Shown one piece after another: positions 55,069 through 64,000 of a stretch of DNA of 64,000 bases (position 1 is its first letter; each line of letters starts with the position of its first letter). This DNA comes from Amoebidium appalachense. Its lineage: Eukaryota > Protista > Ichthyosporea. The stretch is taken from the NCBI GenBank assembly GCA_963693365.1, contig CAVNZM010000016.1, positions 6,803,029-6,867,028 on the forward strand, given 5' to 3'. A program made the position numbers and the translations under genes. The notes under the pieces were generated by a model that saw nothing but the letters and a program-made list of their open reading frames with translations, was not told the DNA's origin and did no database searches.

Positions 55069-56650
55069 TCCTCCCCAAGTCCCCCCCCCCCCCCCCCCCC
55101 CTCCTCCTGGGTGCATAAATTACATGGACTGCAATTGCTGGCCAACGGGTCTAGATCTTCCCTTCTCCCCCCTCCCCCATGCATCCCCCCGGGCCCCCCC
55201 GAGTGCATAAATTACTGGGACTGCAATCAAGACAGAGCCCCCCCCCCCCCCCCCCCCTGCTCGCCCCCCTCCCCCCCCCCCCCTCCCCCCCCCCCTCCCC
55301 CCCCCCCTCCCCCCCCCCCCCCCCCCCTCGAACCTCCCCCCAACCCCCTCCCCCCTTGAAGATTATACATGTGCAGCTATTGTATGCCCTATCTGGCCCT
55401 GCGACCACCTGGCCCGAATCCCCCACCCCTCTTCCACTTAAATTTCCCCGGGCAGTGGGGAATCCAGAAAAAACACCCAACCGCAAACCCCCGAGCTAAC
55501 ATTTATGTTTGATTTACGGTGACGATATTCAGCTGCCGCATAGAGCTGGAATCCTAAGAAAAATACATCATACATATAATCACCACATGAATAGGCAAAA
55601 AAGAAGCTAGAAAACAAGCTACAACAGCTCAGGCCGCAGAACTCCATTATTAGTTGGCCTTTTCTACAGAGCCCGGTATACCGTAACGTACGGAAACGAC
55701 CTTAGGCTAGTGCAAATATTTCCTGGTGCAAAACTTATACTGTAACCCCCCTCCCCCCCCTCGATACCTTGGAGTCTCCCAGTTCTCTGCCTCCCCCCAC
55801 TACTAATATTAATAATATATAATAAGACCCCACCAACCGAAGCACTCCCCTTGCAGCATCACCACCAACCTGTACCTGCGTTGCCGTGCCCGGCTAACTT
55901 GAGTTATCCGTGACAACCGGGTGCGAGGGAGGGAGGGAGGGAGGGTGGGAGGGAGGGTGGGTGGTGGTGGTGGTGGTGGGGTGGGGGGCGGGGGAGAGGA
56001 GGGGGAGAAAGGGGGGGAGCTCTAGAGGAGGGGGAGAGTCCCTAATTAATACTATGACAGAATTTCCACGCGCCTTGCACCATCACTGTACGTACACAAA
56101 CTTCAACACACCAGCGTTACAGATGCGCTCTGTGCATCGCTCCAGGACGTGCGATTCAACATGCCAGAAGCACAGTCACGGTGCTGGATTTGAAGGAGTC
56201 AACAGAAACTAGTCCAACTAGTTAATGGCGGAGTAAAATGCCCGGCATTCAGCCCGAGTAATTGGGACCACAGCGGAAGGGGGAGGGGGGGGGGAGGGGT
56301 AAGTGCACAAGGGGTGCACCTGGCCTCCCTCTCTCTCCCCTTCCAATGCCCCGTGCGCATGCTGGCTCAGACTCGCCATGTCCCCCGACGAAGCTCCTTT
56401 AACCCCTTTCCCACCTCAAATCTACAACCACACACACACTTTATTGCTCGTTTCATATACCTACTCCAAGTTGAATTGTATTACAAACTGGCTGGTAACC
56501 GTTGGGCTTTCTGCCCATGGCCATGGGCGGCTGCATTGCTGTAGGCCTGTGGTGTGTACGTGATACACAGATTGGAGGGAGATGCCGCATGCTAACACAC
56601 TCAACAAACCACCATTTCAACGCTACAACTTTATACTCATACACCAATTT

Positions 56651-56835
56651 AGAAGCCATACACATTGTTATTACACATAGTTATTGGTATCCCAAGTCAG
56701 AAGCCATACACATAGTTATGGTATCCCAAGTCAGAAGCCATACACATAGTTATGGTATCCCAAGTCAGAAGCCATACACATAGTTATTGGTATCCCAAGT
56801 CAGAAGCCATACACATAGTTATTGTTATCCCAAGT
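56651..56835. repeat. Minisatellite, 34-35 bp x about 5
   Basis: AGAAGCCATACACATAGTTAT(T)GGTATCCCAAGTC in tandem. Confidence 0.9.
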
Positions 56836-57007
56836 CCTCCGCTAGAACAATAATGGCACAGCCACAGTATACATTTACTGCCTCTCTTTGCACTCTTTGC
56901 AGAAACAAAAAAGCCTTACGATTAAAACTGTGGCAAGGGTATAGAGTGCACAACAGTGTAGCTATACATAAGCCAAATTGGCGAGTTATTCATGCATGTA
57001 CGAGCCA

Positions 57008-57366
57008 TTAACGGTGGTGCGAGCGGTGCCTGTCGCTGCTGTCCCTGGGAACATTTGAGCTTCGTGACGGGTGTGTAGGAGGTTGGTACTGGTCGTGTGA
57101 GCTGCGTGATGGGTGTGTTGTGGGCTGCTGGTACTGGTGGGCGTAGTAGGCTTGCTGGTAGCCCATGGGCGGCGCCTGGCCGTAGTAGTTGCCCTGCTGC
57201 GCATAGTATTGGTGCTGTTGCATCATCGTGTCAGCATGCACACACATCCCATAGCCAATATTACAAGGATATACACATCCAGAGCACAAAGGGCCATATG
57301 TACATGTGCTTCCTGCCCATTAACAGCAGGGGCAAAGCAGGGCATGCTGCACACACCACACCACAT

Positions 57367-57398
<32 letters not shown>

Positions 57399-57405
57399 CA
57401 CACAA

Positions 57406-57458
<53 letters not shown>

Positions 57459-57682
57459 ATAAACCCAAAAACCAAAAACCAAACAGGTACAAGAGCCAGC
57501 AAGCATACCTGTGCAACGGCCATGGCCTGCTTCTGCTTCATCCTCTGCATGCACGTCTCCTTGAAACTGCAAAGGCCACAACATCAAGTGTCAATGAACA
57601 TGTTCCTCTGCTGATGAAACCATCCATTCCATCTTTGACGGTTTCTTGACCAGGTATGTGTCCGGGGGGGGGTGGGGAGGAA

Positions 57683-57761
<79 letters not shown>

Positions 57762-57874
57762 TGGGGTTCCACGGACACATACACAGCACAGGCACAAACA
57801 CAACAGAGCGGAAAAGTGACCAAACAACCAATGGTACAGGTGATTACACACCAGCATACAAAAGCGAGGGAGGG

Positions 57875-57931
<57 letters not shown>

Positions 57932-58562
57932 GGGGGGGACGGTGGAGGGGCGAGAGGGAGGGAGGGCGAGGGAGACAGAGAGAAAGAAGGTGCGAGCGGA
58001 GGGAGGGGGGGGAGGGGGGGGAAGAGGGAAGAAAGAAAGAGGGAGAGAGAGGGGCAAGAAGGAGACATTGAGAGAAAGAGGTAAAAAGGAGACAGAGAGC
58101 AAGAGAGAACGTGAGAAGGAGAGGGGACGAGTGAAAGCAGAGAGAAGAGGGATAGGCAGAAGGATAGAATGGGACAAGGAGAGGAAGAGAGGAGAGGGAG
58201 AGGGAGAAAGAGGGAGGGAGGGAGGAAGGAGTGAGGGGAGGAAGGAAGGAATCAGAGAGCGAGACAGAGAAAGACAGCGAGAGCCTTGCGGAAATTCAGC
58301 ACACTCATTTTCTCCTTGCACGTACTGGTTCAGCAGCTTGCCCAGATTCGAGAAGTGCTTCTTCTGGTAGCGCAGCCCTTGGGGATGCAGGGTGATGTAC
58401 TGCACATACACAACAATGTCAGTCCTTCCGGGCTTTTTTGGCTGGTCTGTGGCATTGCATAGCCTCATGCCTGTATCTTTGCTGGCCATTTATACTATGC
58501 CTATGGGTGCCTGTGTTGTCTGTGCACATGCACATACACGAGGACACATAGGTAGGCATGCC

Positions 58563-58620
<58 letters not shown>

Positions 58621-59166
58621 AAGAAACCTAGCAGGCATGGTGCAAAAGCAACACAAGGAACACATACCTCCTTTGTGGCGCCCCTTGATGAGGCCATGTA
58701 GGCCAGCAGCACCTTGCCGGGATATTGCCTGCTGAAGCTGCACACATCAACCCCAACATGCGTCAGTCTCCAGCAATGTAGTCTTGCACAATGAAAACAC
58801 ATACAGGAGTGCAGGGTCACCAGTGTAGTCATGCTGCTTGTTTTTGTATGTATCCCCTTACAACACACCCATTCTTTCACCCAACAGCTGCCCTGTGGGG
58901 CACATAAATTTCTAGGGAGTGTGTTCTCGTGTCAATGACCCACCAGAGATGGTACGGAATACGGCGGGGATCCTTGTTCTTTGCCTCTTGCAGCTTGTAC
59001 TCAATCTCCTCCTCGGGAATCGGCTGTGCCAAATTCAGTCAGCCATGTGCCATTTTTGGTCGTCTGGTGTTCATGAAACACAGTCTGTCAACCCATATCT
59101 GTTCATCCCTCCTCCGTTCCCTGCATTGCACGACCACCACACATACAACCACAGTATACATGTCTA

Positions 59167-59215
<49 letters not shown>

Positions 59216-60429
59216 TTTCCCTCCCGGGTAATTACTACACTATACTGCACACAAAAGTACAGAAACTCTTAAGGAGCAAAGGTTCAGTAACGATTACGCA
59301 CCCTGGTAGACTATTGAGATTAGCTAACCGCCATATGGCTTTCAATCTGCAATGACGTCACATTATCTACTACCATACATGGCAGTAAACATTTAAGCAT
59401 CAGTACCTTGACAAAGTAGTTGTTTTTTGAGACATCCATGATCTGCTGTGCCAATGGCTGGATGTACCGTGCGTCCATCTCGTCCAGGTCCTCGTACTTC
59501 TCCCCGTCCAGGATCAGAGTCCGGCCCAGACTGAACGGGTCTGCACGGTCCCTCTCCTCGATCGACTTGTGGCAGATGATCCCGTCGTAAACCTGATAGC
59601 CAGCGTCCGTAAATACAGAAATTGTAAACAACAGATCTTACATTGATCAGAATTAAAAAATCAGATTCGACACAAACCAGAAGGTGTAACATCTAAAATT
59701 TATACCAATCTTCAATAAATTTATTAATTGCTCAGCGCGGGCATGGGCCGGAACCCAGCACAGGTTCAACGAAGAGTGAATGCACGAAAAGCAAACGGGA
59801 ACAAAAGAATATGCCCAAAATCACGGGTTGCTGCAAACCAACTAAAGCCAAACACAATATCAGGAGTGTCCGCCCTCCGTTGCCCAATACCCCCCCCCCC
59901 CCCCCCCCCCCCCCCCCCTTCTCCCCGTCCCCCCCCCCCCCCCCCCCCCCTCCTTCCCCCCGCTGCTTCTACCCCTCCCGGGCCCAGGCAAATCACTCTC
60001 CTTTCCTGTGCAGGTGTGTGTTTGGGGGCATACCTTCCATGAGAGACTGAGGTGGTTGGGGTTGGTGCTTGGCCGAATAATAGCCGCGCCATGGTCTGCC
60101 TCGGCCAGGAACTGTGAGGACGACCATTAGCTGCTGGGTCCACCAGAAGTACAGCACTAACACAACCCCACACACAACCAACATGCACCCATCCATAGTG
60201 GCCCACCTAAACATTCGGTAGGTTTCACAACTGTTTATGTCCCCGATGTGAAGTGTCTTTGCTCCTGCTAGCCTGTGGCATGGCTATGTACTAGCAAGTC
60301 ACTGTCAATTGTGGGCAAAAATGAACATAACAAGCGGAGACGGGTGTGAACGGAGGGATAGGGAGAAAGGGGGGAAGGGGTGGTGGTGGTGATGGTGATG
60401 GTGATGGTGATGGTGATGGTGATGGTGAT

Positions 60430-60501
<72 letters not shown>

Positions 60502-60502
60502 T

Positions 60503-60535
<33 letters not shown>

Positions 60536-60854
60536 TGAGGCATACTTTCTCGGCCTCATCGAAGGTCATTGACTTGAACAGGGGATGGTCAATGGCACGT
60601 TGTGGCCTTTGTGCCTTAGTCTTCTTCTTGATTTTCTGTAGGTTCAACACACAAGATGAGTTCTTGTACAGTGTCCCAAGCTCCAAATACACACACCACG
60701 ACAAAACAACAAGGTGAGAGAGAAAGTGTGTGCTTGTGATTGAGTGAGAGACAACGAGAGAGAGAGAGACAGAGAGAATGTGTATATGTGTGTGTTTGTG
60801 TGTTTGTGTGTGTATGTGTGTGTGTGTGTGCGCGCACGCACACGCACACGCACA

Positions 60855-60921
<67 letters not shown>

Positions 60922-61567
60922 GTGTGTGAAATGCTTGGGTGGATAGTGAGTGAGCGACTAGGTGAGTCAGTGAGTGAGTAAGGGAGAGAATGAGGGAGAT
61001 AAGGGACAGAAAGCAGAGAGTCCAACAAGTGCACAAAAGACAAGCAGCCGAAGACCACCCATCCATGTTAGTAACACAACCCATACCAGTATTGAGCAAC
61101 GTAAAAAAAAAACACTAAGATTTGAGCGTACCTCAGCCTCCTTGGCCTTTGCCGCAGCCTCCCCAAATGTGTCATACCATCTGCATGTGTGCCAGTCAGC
61201 TGCGTGAACACTAGTCCCTTGCTCTCTGCTCTCTTGGCACCGTGCATGAATGCCGATACAGCTTCTAACCAATATGCTACTAAAAGTGTCTAAATGCCAA
61301 AATAAAACATGCTTCTGCTATTCCCACACAGCCTCTAAGCAACATGGCTACTTTCGGCCTTCTCAGAACTCGGTACCTTAGCATCCGCCCCCCCCTCCCC
61401 CCACCCCCCCAAATGCCCACACACACACACCCTCCACCCATACACCCTCCCCCTCTTCCCCTCCCACCCTTTGGACAACCTTCTGCACCCACACGTGTGC
61501 ACCATCTCTATCGTATTAAGTTCAACGCATCGACAGTGCCAATGCAGCATTTTTTTTTTGTGTGTGT

Positions 61568-61628
<61 letters not shown>

Positions 61629-63783
61629 GGGGAGAGAGGGAGGGAGGGGGGAGAGGGGTGATGTATGCATTAGAGGGTTGGAAATACGGGGGGGACACTG
61701 AAGGACAAAATACAAAACGTCACAAAAATGAAAACCCCGAAATCAAAAACTTAGGCATGCAGGCACAAGACATTAAAACAAAGCCCATCCTCAGGGGGGT
61801 TCCTATGCCCCCACAAAAATGGGTTTCGACTCGGGGGGAAGGGGGGGGGGGGGGGGGGGAAGAGGTGTGTGTGTGTGGGTGTATGTATGTGTAGGGGGGG
61901 GGGGGGGGGGGGGGGGTTTGAATGCGTCAAAAAGTGCGAAGTACACAAGAACAAACGGATAACACGATGCAGAATGCAAGCCATACATAAAGAGTATGCA
62001 TAATAAGCAGAGCCCATCCTCAGGGGGGGCCCACGTCATCCACAGTACCCGAGTTTCGACCTATTCCCCTCGTTAACGAAACCCAACTCAGATACTGTTT
62101 CACTTGAACATGAGTAGGTCACCCGTCTTGATCAGAGACGAGCAGGGTTGCTTATGCAGGCAAGGGCAGTGGGAAAGGCCGGGGGTTAAAGTTGCAGCAG
62201 TAAGCAGAAGCAAGAAAAATATAGATAGGAACTCAGGAGACGGGGCTTCTAGGAAGCTCCCCCGTCGATACCTAAGTCGATACTTCCCTGGCTAACATAC
62301 TACACCAGCTGAAAAGAATTAAGTCCCGAAGGCCGCAGAATTCGCAATCAGAGGGGAAAATATGAGATTTGACCCACGCCGCAGGGTAGTAACACGCTTA
62401 CTAGGGCGGAACTTTATCGTCTTCGAACGGAAAGCTATGCCCCCGGATGTCAGCCGGAAATATGGTATCACCCATTGCTTTGGGCTTGAAAAAAGCCAAA
62501 CCGATAGTCCGAGTTATGTGGGGCGGGGGGGAAGAGGGTGTTGCTTACGGGTCCTTTGTTCGGCCTCCACGTCTCTGGAGGTCCGACGACATACACCTGA
62601 ATACACCGTGTGTTAGTGTGCTTTCAACACAAACATTCCCTATTGCCTCCAACCTGAGCCCACATTTTGCAAACATGTGTAGACAAAACGAGCAAGAAAC
62701 AGAAGGGGCAGGGACTCACGATAGCTCGACGGTGAACTTCTCCATGTCCACGTTTTTGATTACAGCCACAAGACTGCCACCAATCTGCGTGCCCCACCAC
62801 CACACAGTCAGCACAATGCAAACGCAGAGCAGCAAGTGCTGCCTCATAGAGGTCTTGCAGCATGCACCCCTACCCACCCATCCTGTTCAATGCCCCTACC
62901 TTTCAACCTCCCTCCTACTGTGTTTTATTTCCCCCCCCCCCCCCCCCCCCCCCCCCCTTCCAGCCTGCTGAACCACCAACCAACACAAAACATACACGAG
63001 CACTGACATGTTTCATATCAAAAAGCATGGCAACACTCATCTGTCACCTTTACGCACTGATATGCTGGATTGGGCTGGGCTGGCGTCGGGGTGGATCTTA
63101 GACAGAACAGCAGAAATACGAGCTCAGGATCGATTTCTTGTTTCTTGTGTGAGAGTGTGCGTGTGCGTGGATGTGTCTGTCTGTGTGAGTGTGTGTGTGT
63201 GCGTGTGTGTGCGCGTGTGTGAGCGCGCACGTGTGTGAGTGTGTGAGTGTGTGAGTGTGTGTATGAGTGAGTGAAAGAATGTGTGTGTTGTTCTACTTTT
63301 TTCTTACGGTGAGGAGAGGGCAAGGGGGGGGGGGGGGGGGTTACCTCCACGCGCTCGTCAAACTCCTGCTCATTCAGACGGTGGTCACTGAACTTCCCTA
63401 TCTGTCAACCCGTTCATCCGTCAGTCAGCCACACGTAAAACCATGAGGGACATTTCTAATAGTATGTGGGCGTACGTCGTCCTTCCACCACATATCTTCG
63501 GTAGGACACCCCTGAGATCAGAGCCAAACCACCCCAATGATATTGCAAATTCTGCTCTTGTGCAGTCACATTGTATAAGAGGACAAAACACGCAGAGGTG
63601 TTGCGGCTCCTAAATCCATGCTATCACAGATAGGTATAATGCCAGTGTCATGAACCATCACACCGAGACGCTAACCCCTTGAGCACACACCCCACGTGCA
63701 TAGCCATCCACACAAACACCATGCACCCCCCCCCCCCCCCCCCTGCCCCCTTCCCCCCCCCCCCCCCTGCCCCCCTTCCCCCC

Positions 63784-63825
<42 letters not shown>

Positions 63826-64000
63826 AAACCACCAACACCACCACAACACACACATCCAGCATGCCCCACCCCATGATGTTATCACGCACGTGAATGAAGC
63901 CCTTGAGTTCGCTGGGCAGCACGATGACATCCACACCCATGGGTGCACCGTCCCTGCCCACGCGCCTGTCTCTGATCTTGCAGTCCACCTGCATCTCAGG
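57008..64000 (-). CDS. SPT6: Transcription elongation factor/histone chaperone SPT6, 3' part (S1 plus tandem SH2); continues beyond the window
   Basis: In-frame exons: LKGFIHVRDN (S1), IKNVDMEKFTVELSC, RAIDHPLFKSMTFDEAEK, AAIIRPSTNPNHLSLSWK, VYDGIICHKSIEE..FSLGRTLILDGEKYEDLDEMDARYIQPL, PRRIPY, YPGKVLLAY, YITLHPQGLRYQKKHFSNLGKLLNHFK. Confidence 0.93.
61677..61832 (-). mobile_element. Structured element family, divergent 5'-truncated copy
   Basis: Minus strand GTCGAAACCC..TGTGG..CCCCCTGAGGATGGGCTTTG, then a T-rich tail ending TTCCAA-CCCTC. C-tract upstream. Confidence 0.6.
61917..62519 (-). mobile_element. Structured element family, subfamily A, longest copy, in an SPT6 intron
   Basis: Reverse complement of 107-675 plus about 35 extra 5' bases. 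G-tracts on both sides on the + strand. Confidence 0.88.

Noticed and set aside
55000-55230. CRISPR-like interspaced repeats
   Set aside because: Only three imperfect copies with unequal low-complexity spacers; eukaryotic context and no cas genes.

Overview
Eukaryotic genomic window with GT-AG introns. It is extremely rich in poly(C)/poly(G) tracts and (CA)n/(GA)n microsatellites, so almost all ORFs in the supplied track are repeat artefacts. Lineage is a guess only: a unicellular holozoan or an early-diverging fungus. Spliced genes reconstructed by hand: a GDP-mannose-type nucleotide-sugar transporter (+, 5' end unresolved), a secreted multidomain protein ending in a spherulin-4/GH135-like domain (-), a small mitochondrial PPR-like protein (+), mitochondrial ribosomal protein uL30m (+) and the 3' half of SPT6 (-). 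There is also an intronless Kazal-domain protein (+). The 22-37 kb region is a nest of transposons: an intact young Ty1/Copia element and a solo LTR both inserted into a dead THAP-domain ORF, two more solo LTRs, a decayed LINE, a foldback element, and a PIF/Harbinger-like element with an internal tandem duplication. The most unusual signal is a dispersed non-coding element family (6 clear copies plus about 3 fragments). Copies are 3'-coterminal (the four best end in ...CATTCAAA), have variable 5' ends, are flanked by C-tracts and lie sense within host introns. They carry a covarying multi-stem, pseudoknotted RNA fold, suggesting a poly(C)-targeted retro-mobile structured RNA.
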